From Octopus sinensis (lineage: Eukaryota): a stretch of DNA of 64,000 nucleotides. The notes below the pieces were generated by a model. That model saw only the letters and a program-made list of their open reading frames with translations, was not told the origin of the DNA and ran no database searches. The position numbers were made by a program, and so were the translations under genes. Within the stretch, counting starts at the first letter, position 1; each line of letters opens with the position of its first letter. Below, piece after piece: positions 1 to 13,900 of the stretch. The stretch spans positions 5,332,001 to 5,396,000 of the forward strand of contig NC_043015.1 of assembly GCF_006345805.1 (NCBI RefSeq). Direction: 5' to 3'.

Positions 1-98
1 AAAATTGTATTAGTCATTAAATATATTATTTAAACTATATAAAAATTGGTTGAAAAAATATTTATTTATATACCCATGCATACACAAATACACACACA

Positions 99-100
99 CC

Positions 101-158
<58 letters not shown>

Positions 159-399
159 TATGTATGCATATATATATAATATCAAATATTATAAGGACAC
201 ACGTATTAATACAAACATATACATTCACCTATTCATATACAAATATAGAAACATATACATGTATACACCTATACCTGCATCATTTGCAATTATACATATA
301 AATAGATACCTCCACAAAAAAAATCATATGTATACATATATATATATATATAAGTATATATATATATACATACATATATATTATATATATATACATATA

Positions 400-432
<33 letters not shown>

Positions 433-440
433 ATTGATAT
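99..440. repeat. (CA)n/(TA)n compound microsatellite
   Basis: Dinucleotide tracts read directly from the sequence; the overlapping YI/HT-rich ORFs are artefacts. Confidence 0.95.
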
Positions 441-610
441 AGGATAACATTGTTTTCGGGAAAAAATTTTTATCAATGGCCAGCATGTCAAAAAATGCCT
501 TTAAAGGTAAACTTTATACATAATTTACGAGATAAGGGCAGAAGAAAAATTCTAATGCCAGATACGCCGAAAACAAAATTGTCGATAACCAATATGTATG
601 CGTCTCGAAA

Positions 611-660
611 CAAAGCGATAGAAATCTCTAAAAACGAATTTTTAGAGATTTCTATCGGTT

Positions 661-662
<2 letters not shown>
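611..662. other. Perfect 19-bp inverted repeat (hairpin) next to a (TA)n tract
   Basis: cgatagaaatctctaaaaa (616-634), loop cgaa, tttttagagatttctatcg (639-657); 4 further pairs follow one mismatch. Confidence 0.9.
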
Positions 663-701
<39 letters not shown>

Positions 702-739
702 TATGCCAATACAGACACACACACACCACACACACACAC

Positions 740-830
<91 letters not shown>

Positions 831-840
831 ATATATACAT
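662..840. repeat. (TA)n/(CA)n microsatellite
   Basis: Read directly from the sequence. Confidence 0.95.
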
Positions 841-1539
841 TTAAACGGATAAGACTTCACATGCGTCTAAACTTATATATGAATAAATAAACTGCTGAAT
901 AAATACATGTACAAACAGGAACACATTATTATATACATAACTATATATAAAACAATTTAGATATATAATCAAAATAAGTTATGGTGTTCCACTATATAAT
1001 TTATAAATATACAAACCTAATAAAGTATTGTACATATTACATATTTATAGCCATTAATGTCTATTAACTGAATAATTAAAAATGATATATTCGATATAAT
1101 GACTATCCTGTATCTAATTTATAACATCTATATAAATATTAATACTATATATATATAAATTATATATTAATATCAACTGAATAAATACATTGAAAAATCA
1201 ATCACATTTAGTATTCGTTAATACTAATGATATCATAGTTATATACTTACGTTTTGTAAACAGGAATTTACTCACATTTCAGAATGTATGTTCAAAAGAA
1301 ATTGACCTGAAATAAATATTTCATATACCACTACAGTGCATAACTCACATTTCTGGTTTGCGATACTATTAGATAGAGCATGGTTAATAGTATTCCAGTC
1401 AATTTTAATATCTATTTTCGTATCATTAACATTACATATGAATTTACTTCGACCAGGTGAGTTCATCATTTTCCTATCCTTTAATATATTTAAGTGGATA
1501 AAGACGTGGGTTTTAAATTCTGGTGTAGTGTCTGTTCTG

Positions 1540-2990
1540 TATCTGAAGTAATTCGTTCTTAGTGCTTGCTTTTGGGCAGCGCAGATTAGAGCCTCCATTT
1601 CCGGTTTAAAATCACATTTAGTCATCCATAGCTATCTTCATTCTCTGTCTGTCTGGTCTTGAGCACACCTATGAAATTCTTCATACATTCTTGTCTTTAT
1701 CCAGCTATTTTCAGTTCCATTCATTCTCAAGTACTTGTATAGTGCTTTATATTTGCAATCTTCCATCCTACAATAATACTGGTTCAGTGGAATTTCTACT
1801 TCCTCTGCTATGTTGTTTTCTTCTGCTCTAATTCTGTGATCGCTTCAAAGCAGTCTTCTACCCACTCTTTTTCTTGGTAAATACTGTCTGTGCCACTTTC
1901 ACGGTGGAGTATCCTATATCTAGCTCGTCTAATCTCCATGGTATTACGCCTGCTCCATATATGAGGAGTGAAACCACCCAGGATTTGATAGCTTCAGTGT
2001 CATTCCATCAGTTTAATTTCGACTTAAGTATCGGGCTCATATACTCCACCTTAAATTTTTCTACCATTTCTTTCTCCATTAATTTATCTATTTCCAATAT
2101 CCCCAAGCTTATAACCCGTCTCTTCTATCTGCTGCATAGCCACCCCTGACGGTAATACTAGCACGTCCATACATTCGATTTTTCCTCTATTCAAGTCTCA
2201 CACAGCACACTTTTTCAGTCCGAACTCCATTCTGAATACAGCCCAGAAAGTATATACGTATTTCTTTATTACCCAGAAGGGGCTAAACATAGAGGGGACA
2301 AACAAGGACAGACATAGGTATTAAGTCGATTACATCGACCCCAGTGCGTAACTGGTACTTAATTTATCGACCCCGAAAGGATGAAAGGCAAAGACAACCT
2401 CGGCGGAATTTGAACTCACAGCGTAACGACAGACGAAATACCGCTAAGCATTTCATCCGGCGTGCTAACGTTTCTGCCAGCTCACCGCCCAGAAAGTATA
2501 TACCGTATCAACAAGGTAACTGGTTTGGGATTCATCTTTACCATAAAGTTTCAGGTCATCCATGTATAACGAATGGTTGAGTTTTTGTTGGTTAACTTTT
2601 TGAGTCGGCTTTTGAATACATACTCAGCCACTGCTTTCCTCAGAATCACTGTAAGTGGTATCATGCACAGCAGAAAGATCAGTGTCGAGAAGCAGTCTCC
2701 TTGGAAGTTGTCTCTCCTGATTTCTATCGTCCCTACATTTCTTCCGTATGCTATCGGTTCCGTCCTCCACTTTGCCATACTTTTTCCAAGCAATCGCTCA
2801 ACATTCGATGCAATAACAAATGAATGTGGAACCATATCTTACGCCTTACGATAATCGATCCATGACATGGCTAAATTAGTTTTCCTCTTCTTACAATCTT
2901 TAAGTAGATTTTGGTCTACCAGGAGTTAATCTTTGTACCTCTGCACTTACGCTCGCAACCCACCTGCTCATGCGGCATTTTTCCCATTAT
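1540..2990 (-). mobile_element. Decayed R4/Dong-like (RLE-type) non-LTR retrotransposon, RT to C-terminal region, interrupted by a SINE
   Basis: Minus-strand translations: CRGTKD..WIDYRKAYDMVPHS, IRRDNFQGDCFSTLIFLLCMIPL, MEFGLKKCAV, YGAGVIPW, DFKPEMEALICAAQKQALRTNY. These resemble R4/Dong RT motifs; stops and frameshifts are present. Confidence 0.85.
2258..2489 (-). mobile_element. Full-length tRNA-derived SINE, family A, with target-site duplication
   Basis: Head ggcggtgagctggcagaaacgttagcacgccgg, B-box-like gagttcaaattcc, tail ..taataaagaaatac; TSD gcccagaaagtatatac at 2241-2257 and 2487-2503. Confidence 0.92.
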
Positions 2991-3009
2991 GGAAATCAGC
3001 ATTCCTCAT

Positions 3010-3425
3010 AAACATTATAGTCGTTTTTGAATATTTGGAATTACATTATTTGTAATTACAGCAGGATGATTGCCATTATATTTAATATATCTTATCCTTG
3101 TATTTGGTTTCTGAAATGGTTCATGATTACCAGTTTCAAATTTATTATTGACATTCAAATAATTAGAACAGGAACTATCTTCTTCAATGGAAATATCTAA
3201 AACATTCTTGTTTAGAAATTTATGCAAGTTCTCCTTATATGAGTCTAGTTGTCTAGGAGTAGAATTTTAATAGCAAGAAGAGTATCGTCTCGATAAATAC
3301 GACCAATAATTTCAAGGAATATTATGTTGTTGATAGCAGGTGAATTCCGACTAAATCAGTCACTTGGGTAGAGTCGGCATATCCCGTAGTAATATCGAAA
3401 ATATTACAAATGTCATTATGACCCT
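3010..3425 (-). mobile_element. Penelope-like element RT fragment (catalytic YxDD to thumb)
   Basis: FDITTGYADSTQVTDLVGIHLL..IYRDDTLLAIK..LHKFLNKN..NYLNVN..HEPFQKPN..NHPAVIT..IQKRL, resembling PLE RT motifs. Confidence 0.8.
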
Positions 3426-3554
3426 ACTATTTATTATCAAATCTAATCAAAGATTGCCTTGCAAGTCCATTTGAGGTTTGTGTATCCTCACCTCTACTGT
3501 AAAATATATGTGCGCATGTATGTTCGGGTATGTTTGTGTGTCTGTGTATTTTTG

Positions 3555-3757
3555 TGTCTGTTTCTATGTTTCTCCCCATCATTCCTCGACAACCGATGTT
3601 GGTGTGTTTACGTCCACGAAATTTAGCGATTCGTCGTAAAACACCAATAGGATAAGCAATAGGATTACAAAGGATAAGTCCTGGGGTCGATTTGTTCGAC
3701 TAAAAGGTGGTGCCCCAGCACGGCAGCAGTCAAATGACTAAAACAAGTAAAAGAATA
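3555..3757 (+). mobile_element. SINE family B, 3' half
   Basis: cgacaaccgatgttggtgtgtttacgtcc...ggggtcgatttgttcgactaaa...gcagtcaaatgactaaaacaagtaaaaga, shared with the copies at 36.1, 45.2, 49.1 and 60.8 kb. Confidence 0.8.
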
Positions 3758-4429
3758 GTATCTCTAGTTTATGATTTCGATTGAGCGTTTCTGAGGTGTA
3801 GATGTGTATTTCAGTTCAATATATGTATAAATGCGTGTACTTGTATGAGTGCGTTTACGTGTATGTGTACATGTACGTGGCTGTCTATTGATATCCGTAT
3901 GTCGGCAGATGAGGGGGAAGATAATAATGCACAATAATTAGTTCTTCAAATACAGAAAGATACATAGGGAAATAACGCGAAAGAGAGAAAGAAAGAGGGT
4001 AAGTGAGAAAATTAACAGAAAAAGATTACAAAGGAAATTGAATTCACATTATATTATGCATACATTTGTCACCGGGAATCTGTTTTGCTGTAACGGTTTG
4101 AAACTTGATTAATGACCAATTCTTGTTTGCTTCAGGACACTTTTCCTGCTTTCTTGATGAATTTACAGACTTATGGGTCTCTCTTATTGGTATGCATTGG
4201 ATAGAAGTTCTTCACATTTGTCATCTGTAGGTCATTCACATTCCAACATTTACCTCAGTGTACACCTTTGTATATATTGTAATTATACAACTTCCTTAAT
4301 GGAGAAAACTTAATTTGATCGAACACCTCATTACTACTGCGATTAAAAAGTAGTTCAACGCTATGTCTATCAATCTATCGATCCCTCGATCTATAGAATA
4401 TAGATATATACATACATAAATAGGTACAT

Positions 4430-4775
<346 letters not shown>

Positions 4776-5181
4776 AGTTGTGTCTCTCCTACTGAAGGCT
4801 GTTCGATCCTAAATTTGAAGCCGTCGGTGGTGTATCCTTATCACGACTGCCCCTTTTCGGCCGTTTACGGACTCTGTCAGTTTGTATTGATGCAATTATG
4901 TATATTAACTGCAGCATCAGAGCACACTTTACTCTTATTTCTAGCACTGTAGGTTTCGTGACTGCCATCTGTCATATTTAACGTCAATTATAATTTTGTG
5001 GTTTGGTGATACATTGCTACACCGCTGCCTAATTTAATTACATATATATATATATGTACATGTATACATTCTCATAGAAGCGAACACTAAAATAAAGTTA
5101 CACATGTGTGTGCATAAATAAAATAAATCAATGCTGAAATAAAATGTGTGTGTGTATGTGTGTGTGTGTGTGTGTGCGTTT

Positions 5182-5211
<30 letters not shown>

Positions 5212-5215
<4 letters not shown>

Positions 5216-5465
5216 GGGATCGATCTACCTTCCCAAAAATTTCGGGCCTTTGTGGCTATAGTAGAAAACAAATATGTCATACAAAGACACCGAGATGACA
5301 GAATCGTTACCACGCCGGGCGAAATGCTTAACGGTATTTTGTCTACCTTCACGTTCTGAGTTCAAATTCTGCCGAGGTCGACATTGCCTTTCATCCTTAC
5401 GGGGGTCGATAACCGAAGTACCCGCTGCGTAATGGAGTCGATCTAATCGACTATCCTCCCCTGCC
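5212..5465 (+). mobile_element. SINE family A (older-type tail fragment plus a copy), following a (GT)n tract
   Basis: gaatcgttaccacgccgggcgaaatgcttaacggtattttgtc...gttctgagttcaaattctgccgaggtcgac. Confidence 0.85.
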
Positions 5466-6043
5466 AAAAAAAAAATCGTGTGTTACCAGCGGAACCAATA
5501 ATCGAACTATCAAACGCTACCACAGAAGCAAACTTCTTACCACACAGGCAACTCTGTGTCTATGTTTATGCTTGCTATTGATTTTTATTTTGTAATAATC
5601 AAGGCCGTAACTCTTCTGTCTCTGACGCAGATTATGAATATGAGCTTATGTTGTTTTAGATGAATCCGGTATATATAAATATATGCATAGATTGCGTACA
5701 AAAAGTTACAACCGGGCACTGTACTAAAGATGGCAGAGAGGGAGTTGATGGCATCGTTCAATAACTGTCATTAAATTTTTGTTCTTCTCTCACAAGTAAA
5801 TGAAAAGTAGTCGAGTTTTCGCTATGTGTTAGAAAATACTGAAATGACGTAATGATGTATTTTCTTATATTTAAATCCAGTAATATTAGTAATATTAGGC
5901 ATTTTAAACTCATATTCGTTTTAAGTTTTTGTCCAAGCTATTTTGCTCTCCTCTTTTTCTTTGAAATCATTCTGTTACAAGAGTTGATATTCGATGATGT
6001 GAATTATCATCTCTCATTGGATAATTTTCCTCTAATAAACGAG

Positions 6044-6306
<263 letters not shown>

Positions 6307-8091
6307 CTAAAAGCTTGTAAGACGTGAAAACAGTTAAGTTTTTGATAATGCATATTCATGCTTTCGAAATGTATGTTGATATCGTATGGCTGCAATGGTT
6401 GAAAAAGTTTTGCAAATATGCATAGTAATTGCCAAAGATGCATATTTTGCACCCGAACTTGCTTGGAACCATTAAGAATAACTAGCTTATAATCGTTCCA
6501 AATATTGCAGTATATGGTGCTCATAACGATTTTTTATCGGTTGGCTGGTATAAGCACCGACCAACAAACTTTATGCTTCGCTAAATTTATTAACAAAGCC
6601 AGCTTTGTTACTACGTCTCAAAATTCCGAGTAATTCTAGCGCGGAATAGTCGAAACACTGATGTTGCAGAATTCTTGCACCAATAAGCAGTCTGTCGAAC
6701 ACATTGTCTTCGTATTTGCATCTAAATATGCCTAGTATACAAATAATCGTAGCTTCTTAATTATCTTTTACTTAAGACGATTATTTGATATAGACTTCTA
6801 CGCTATTTTGGGTTACGTGAGTATACATACAAATATATTAATTAATGTGGCATAAATTCTATAGTTAATAAATTGTGCGTGTTTAATTTATAGAAATTTT
6901 TTGTAGGAAACCAAACAGTTAATGTTATAGTTAGAGATGGACTGTCTGTTTGTTAACTTGTAAAATCTACTTTTAAAATTTTGATAACCATAGATTGTGT
7001 TTAGTTAAGTTGTGACATTTCGTCGTCTTATATAAGTAAAGTATGTGCATCTATAGCACTTAGGTTTCTCACAGTATTAAACAGTATTTTCTGTGACCGA
7101 TTCAGGAAACATGAGAGGTATATTTCAATTCAGAGTGTAAAGAGATAAAAGGCATTTTCTTTGATGTCTTTTGCTACTGCAATTCTGGTGCCATAAATCC
7201 TATATGAGAAAATTGCGATCACAATTTAGTTTCAAACACGTAGAAAACATGGACGTAAAGTGCAAACTAGAAGAGAATAAGGAAATGTCAGAGACTTTCT
7301 GAAACATAGAAATATGAAAGATATAAATAGAGGTAGGCTTTTGACACAGGATAACAGTGATAAATTTTAGTGGCTTAAAGTGTGGAAGATAACAAATTGG
7401 AAATATTGTTCAAACTTTAAATGATGTATTGATATATGCGCACCACTAAATGATAAATAATATATATATATATAGACATAACTATGCACACAAACTCATA
7501 CACCCACACATACGTACAAGTATCTACTTGGATATTTCTCGCATAAAGAAAAAAATTATAGATTCAGCTATATTTTATACAGCAAACAACAGAATGTATT
7601 ATATACGTACAAAATCGATTTCTTTACAAAACAATTGTTGTCTGTATCTTCTTTCAAATAGCAAATTGGCACTATATACATCCATACGCACATTCACTAA
7701 TACACTCATTAAATATTAATGTAAATTGTTTGAAATATTGCAACGTGTAAATGATACAAATGTTTGTAAGTCCTTTAAGCGATGCAGGTGAGACATTATA
7801 AAAAATATGAAAGCTTTTGCAAATAAATAATGAAAAGTACAAGATATTGTATCACTACACATAGGTTTTTAACGATACAATTATATTTCAGGAAATCCTT
7901 CGTTTGTCAAATAAAAGACAGAATACAACACAAAGGTTCGGTGTAAAGGTGTTGTTATGAGTAGATATTCTTTGAAATCTCGAATTATTTTCTCACTCAT
8001 ATTTAAGTATCTGGGAAACATATCTTCAGTGAGTTTATCAAATAAACATAGCAACAGAAACACCTGGTTCTGCTCCTTTCGAATTTCACAG

Positions 8092-8159
8092 GTGTATCTC
8101 GCGAAGAGGAAGACCATACAGCTCTAGATGCTATCACCATTTCACAATGTGCCCCATGA
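8092..8159 (+). other. Weak candidate terminal coding exon (MAM-domain-C-terminus-like peptide)
   Basis: Acceptor tttcacag| followed by (G)VSREEEDHTALDAITISQCAP*, loosely like the MAM ending GV....DIALDDISx..C. No partner exons found. Confidence 0.2.
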
Positions 8160-9494
8160 GAATAATTTTGCTCCATTTCGAAACTACTCAGGCATGAATC
8201 TGAAAGGTGGACTATTGAAATATTTTATTCATTCTTAGATGTTTCTGATTTAGATACCTTTCCTACCGAACGATTAATATATTGCAATTTCTGACTAAAA
8301 TGTTATGTTTCTAAGAAAAATTGAATTAAACCGGATGTAATTTTGTATTTTTTCTTTTCAACTTGAATTGTTTCCTTCCGACTGTCGCATTCGAATATTT
8401 ATTACTTTCTAACAGGTTTTTAAAAAATTTCATTTTTATTATTTTACTACTTACATGCTAAAAGGATAAAGATATAGCTTTATTCGATGGACCTGAACGC
8501 ACATATATTTTATTTGATGTTACTTCAATGTTAATGTATTTTCAAAATAACACTTCAACAGTTAATTAAATGGATAAATATTTTGCATAGTCCCGAGGGT
8601 ATGCATTTTTTCTGTCTCCTAACATATATGAAAATTTGATTACGTCTGTTTTATTTTGACCGCCTAGATGTCTATGTATTTGTATCACCTATATCTTCCT
8701 CCTTCAAACACGTCAGCAATATATTTAAGTGCTTATCCAATTACCCTATCAGGTGCAAACTGTCTAATCTCGTCTACATCCCCGATATAATTTATTTGTG
8801 CTTTATCTATAGAGTATATAATACAAATTTTCAATATGCAATTAATAGTAACTCTTAGATTGCGCCAATTTACTTTTCTTATCTTTTCCTTTTGCGTTTC
8901 ACATTCCGTTTATTTTTTTTGTCTCTATCATCCTTCTATGTTGCTCTCCTTCTTCGCTGCGTCTTATAGATCACCAACCAACTTCTTTACATCGACCTTA
9001 TTTATGAAACTATTTTCTTCTTGCTTACTGTCTTATTTGTGAGACTCTTTCTCTCTTGTCGTAACATTAAGTGTTTCTCTCGTACGATTTATTTCTCTTA
9101 AATTGTTGATTTCGAAAACGGCTAATTTTCTTTGCTTTAACTATTATATTTATTTCCTCATATATAAGCAATTCAAGTTATTTAGTTAAGAAATAAACTT
9201 CTGCTGGTTTTCAACAGTTAATATTATTTTGTCAACCATCAATCATTTTCGTTCTGCAGAATTCAATTATTCAGAAAAGTAAATATTTATACCACACAGA
9301 TTATAAACATTTATAACTCATTACACTATTCTTTAAAAAAATCCATGACTACATAACAGCTGCTTACATGATAATACTAACTATCATTTATGATTGTGTT
9401 TCAGCTTAAGACAAATCACATTATGTTCAGTATTTGACAGCAATTTACGTCTATATCTTCATACAAGTGCGCGCACTCACACACTCACAACATA

Positions 9495-9508
9495 TGTGTA
9501 TATATATA

Positions 9509-9602
<94 letters not shown>
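9495..9602. repeat. (TA)n microsatellite
   Basis: Read directly from the sequence. Confidence 0.95.
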
Positions 9603-9605
<3 letters not shown>

Positions 9606-9654
9606 GCATATATACATACATACATATATACATAAATACATATGTGTGTATTTA

Positions 9655-9765
9655 TCGAATGACCCGTTCTTGTTTTCTTTGTATCGTCTATCTGGGTGTT
9701 TTGTTATCTGGTTTTTGTATCACCTAACTGTCCGGATGTTTTGCGTTCTTGTACCATTTTTCATG

Positions 9766-9816
<51 letters not shown>

Positions 9817-10555
9817 TTTGGTCTCTTATATGTAAGTGTACATTTTTCTAAATCTTGTAAGACTCAATTTCTGGCCTTCATGCACTTTCACGCTTATTCG
9901 TAAATTCCACACCTTCCTTCTTGCATTCCCCTCTCTCATATTTCTTTGCCTTCTCTTCTTGCTCACTTTCCCTGCACTTTTCACTTCACTGCGTCCCTGT
10001 CATTTTCGCGCCCTTCCTGAATTATTTTGTCCCTCTACTTCTACCGCTCTCTCTTCTCTTCCCTCGTGGCCGACGTTCGGTCAAGCCCGTTCTTTCTTTT
10101 TTGGTCTGGCCGTTTCCGTGCAACATCGATATTCCTCCCTGTGTTTGTGAAATCTTGTATCCCTGCCGTAAGGTTTCATTTTCACACACACCTGGTTAGT
10201 TTACTTCGTCCTTAGTCGAAAGACACCTGTTTTTATGTCATGTTATCATTTTTATTGTATTTGTGTAACATTGTCCCTTTTCTTCCGTCCTTGATTTTGT
10301 ATACATTCGCTGCTTTCTTCCAAGGAATCTAATGCTCTTAGATTAGTTTTTCTTTGGGTCTGGTCAAATTGAAACAATCTGAAGTATAATCAGCCGAAAT
10401 TGCGAAGATAAGTTGGTACTTGACTGAGAGCAGAGAACTTCGAATGACCCCCTCCTTCTTGTCTTCGAATCGTCTATCTGAATGTTTTGTTGTCCCGTTT
10501 TTGTATCACCTAACTGTCCGGATATCTTGCGTCATTGTATCATTTTGTATTACAT
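9655..10555 (+). mobile_element. TA-embedded repeat with ~110-bp terminal direct repeats (PLE pseudo-LTR-like partial tandem)
   Basis: cgaatgaccc..tcgtctatctg..ttttgtatcacctaactgtccggat..ttgcgt occurs at about 9656-9765 and 10441-10550, each followed by (TA)n. The PLE assignment is inference. Confidence 0.5.
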
Positions 10556-10658
10556 ATATATATATATTATACTGATTGGTGATGGTAACATCAACAAAAA
10601 AAATTACTCCACCTTGTGAGAGACAAATATTATTTAATGCATACAATACATGTTTGTA

Positions 10659-10715
10659 TGTGCTACTAATAGTTTTATATGTTGAAAAGTATACCAAACA
10701 TAATCATCAGGCACA
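10659..10715 (-). ncRNA. Decayed type I hammerhead ribozyme
   Basis: Minus strand: tgtgc CTGATGA t tatgtt [loop] aacata t AAAA c t att a g TA gcaca. Stems I (5 bp), II (6 bp) and III (3 bp) are present; the core CGAAA reads TAAAA and G10.1 is lost. Confidence 0.55.
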
Positions 10716-10889
10716 AACCACACACCATGACAGATTAAAAATTGAATGAGAGCAGAACCACAAAAAATTGAGAAGGAAGCGTGTAGAAAACGTAGCAGTT
10801 TTAAAAAAATAAAGCTACTATTGAGTAGGGTATTGTTATTGTAGGGAATAAAAGTCTTACGGTATTACTGTTATTGGAATAACAGTTTT

Positions 10890-11525
10890 ACTGTAATAGA
10901 TATGTCTAAGAACATTAAGAATAAAAACGAGGTTAAAGTCACCCAATTTGACAGTCTATCCCTCATATCTAGTTCGCTGCTTCACTAATCATATGTTAAT
11001 ATTAACTCTATGGACATAGATTTTATAAGGTATGCGGGGAAAACACTATTGTTTGAAGGATTAACATGGGTAATAAAAGTCTCATAATGATGAACTATTT
11101 GATTTATCTGTGGCGCCGTACGATACTGTTGACGTATTTGACCTTCTACGATTATTTGCATTAAACTAACTTATATCCAAGTGCCCATCTCATGACGTTG
11201 GCCTATACCTTGTCCACGGTTTGAGTATTTCCCATGGATGTGAAGGTCATACCCTTGATAAATTTAGGAAACAACTTATTTCTACTTTCAGTCAATTAGG
11301 TCTTAAATTTATAGTAGCTACTAATCTGTCAATAGTTAATCCTTTAGATGTCTCCCTAGAACTAAACCCTTCATATAAACCTTTCCACAAGCCTAATGAG
11401 ATACTCACCTATATACATAAACAGCTTTATCACCCACCTATAAATTTAAAAAAATTGATAGCTATTATTAGTAACAGAGTGTCTAACCAGTCTCCTTCTA
11501 AAGAAATTTAAGAGGAAGCAGCCGT
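10890..11525 (+). mobile_element. Penelope-like element RT fragment
   Basis: KNIKNKNEVKVTQFD..KTLLFEG.TWVIK..DELFDLSVAPYD..VGLY..KFRKQLISTFSQLGL..IVNPLDVSL..YKPFHKPN..YIHKQLYHPP..NRVSN..EEAA. Confidence 0.8.
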
Positions 11526-11815
11526 CTGGATCACACTCCTGGATAATAAGAATAATGGACACGTATGGAGTTGCAGAAAAATATGAGAAACCTTATATGG
11601 AATAGAATGACATCCCGGAGAATGCAACTGACAGCAGGGAATCAAGTATTAGGAGAGGTGAAAATCAAGAGAGGAATATTCCAGGACGACAGCGTATCCC
11701 CACTGATTTTCGTGCTGGGAATAATCGCATTGAGTGAAATAAAGCAGAAAACAAAGTTGGGGTATGATTTGGGATGTGGTAAGGAGAAAGTGAACCACAT
11801 GCTATATATATAAAC
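11526..11815 (+). mobile_element. R4/Dong-like LINE RT fragment
   Basis: HSWII..LTAGNQVLGEVKIKRGIFQDDSVSPLIFVLGIIALSEI..KLGYDLG.GKEKVNHMLY. Confidence 0.85.
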
Positions 11816-11934
11816 GCCGTTTACAGTTCCGGAAGGAGTTGTTTGGATATTTACTATGCATATACTGTGCAGAATATTTATTAAACTTTTATGATGATCA
11901 AGCGTTTAGATGAATTGTCAAGCTTTAAGTGATA

Positions 11935-12441
11935 TAGAGTAATCCCATGCCATATTGTGGACTCCTCGGAGTATCGCGGGTTACTGCGTCCGATAGGTAT
12001 TCATATTTTTTATTAATAAATTTGGTATTTATTAATAATAATATTAATAGATTAGGTATTTATTAATAGTAATATTAATAAATTAGCCATGTATTAATAA
12101 TAATATTAATAAATTAGGTATTTATATTTTTTATTAATAAATTGATAAATTAAATAGACCACAGTACTGCACTGTAAACAACATTAATCAAAATATATTT
12201 TTAAAAAAATACGTTGTGTACTGTAGATGAGTAAACAAAGAATCGGATATAATGTATGAAAAACGAAACGCGGGAAGCGAGTGTATAGTATTGTTTTGTA
12301 GTTTTTAATAAAATAAATATATACAAATTATAAAAATGGTAAAACATATATACAATACAGTACTGTTTGTACTTCGCGGATTTTGACCTATCGTGAGAGG
12401 TTTTGGAACGTTACACACACGATAGTCGATGGATTACTGTA
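11935..12441. mobile_element. Degenerate pogo/Tigger-like MITE containing a 31-bp AT-rich minisatellite
   Basis: The right end cttcgcggattttgacctatcg..ttttggaacgttac..gatggattactgta is a typical Tigger-like TIR; the left end agtaatccc..tatcgcggg..cgataggt is degenerate. About 3.6 copies of a 31-bp unit lie at 12014-12125. Confidence 0.5.
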
Positions 12442-13059
12442 GTTTGAACTGTTGTATGTGCATGCAACTGGGATAATGTTTTACCCTATGTTTTTAAACA
12501 TCCAGTGCTAATTGAAGGGACATTACAATTAAGGAGTCCCTAAAATCTATGCATTCATTTTGAATTCCCACATCTTTCATATAACATCACATGTTCTCAT
12601 CTAATTTAGCAGCATTGTAAATGAATCGCGTTGGTAATCCAGAAATTAAAAACATATTTATACACTAAATGTGTTCTGCGTTATTCCTTTTCGTTGATTG
12701 ACGTTTTGATACACCAGAGAAGCACTAAATGAATTATTGTGACATACTCTTGACTGAAGAACATTTCTATTCCACCAAGAAATGTTACATAACGTATCTT
12801 ATCGATATGAATAAAACGTCTTCAGAAGAATGAAACAGAAGGTGTATTATTTTTTTAGATAAATACATGTTCAGGCTTTATGAGAAACTACAATTTGGTA
12901 TCATATGTTGTAAAACTCTTTACCTACGACATCTTGCTAGACTGATGACATCCTACATTTCATTAAAAATGTTAAATTTTATCATAGATCTACTAGCATC
13001 TTATTTAAGTTAATTGCATTTCTAGTAATGTTTATGAACTGACCCAGTACAGTACAAAA

Positions 13060-13900
13060 GCCAACGGAAAGGTATTTGTGAATTGATAACCCGCAAACAA
13101 TATATTACTAACCAATAATATAATTAGGTATTTAAAACGGAAACCATAGTACCTATTAGTTAATCAACGATGACACAAAATCCTAGCCACGAAATTAAAC
13201 AGAGAAGATAGAGAAAAACATCTCCACCCGAAAATCAATTTTCTAAGCATGATGGTTCACAAATAGAATTCCTACAAAAGTCAAGCTGATGAATAATACA
13301 TCCGGTAATAAGCAAAACAGTTACAATCAGAAAATCTGGTTTAGATAAAACTAGAACAACCATTCAGTACTTCCTGAAGCCACACACAATGGATATGTTG
13401 CAACGCAAATATTGAATGACGCTATAAAATTAAAGATAAGACCAAATACAAATTTATTCAGTTCAACATCGTAGAAACGTATGCCTTTATCTTCAAACAC
13501 CCTCTGAAAGGTATTCGAGTTTAGTACTACATATTCAAGTAGTTCTGAGATCGAGCAGTCATTATAATGAGCGTTAGGAAGTCGTTTATTTGATAAATTT
13601 TGGTGGTTGATAAATCATGGTGATGAACTATTTGATATCAACATGAGGAGGCAAAGAGACAGATATGGCGGCCCTCTTTCGCCTCTACAGATTACATATC
13701 ATTGACATTGAAGTGGAAAATTGTCACCGTAGATTTATATATGGACGAGCGTGTAGGATTAGTATATAGCAATTATGCTCTCGACAAGGAAATCCGGGGC
13801 AATTATACTGGAACTCGAAACTGCGCGGTTATGTAAAAGATTTACATAGCATATATTCAAGACATAATACGATCAACAAAATACATTTATAGAAATTTAC
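13060..13900 (+). mobile_element. Highly decayed Penelope-like element RT region
   Basis: Fragments INDDTKILATKLNREDR, KDKTKYKFIQFNIVE, IIMSVRKS, GDELFDINM; shares gatgaactatttgat with the 11.1 kb copy. Confidence 0.6.

Noticed and set aside
4776-5040. TA-flanked GC-richer insert with CTGATGC and a hairpin on the minus strand
   Set aside because: Several core mismatches; cannot be called a ribozyme or assigned to a family.
12750-12830. CTGAAGA plus an 8-bp hairpin upstream of the 13 kb PLE RT, as a possible hammerhead
   Set aside because: No GAAA after stem II and no convincing stem I; at most a heavily decayed relic.
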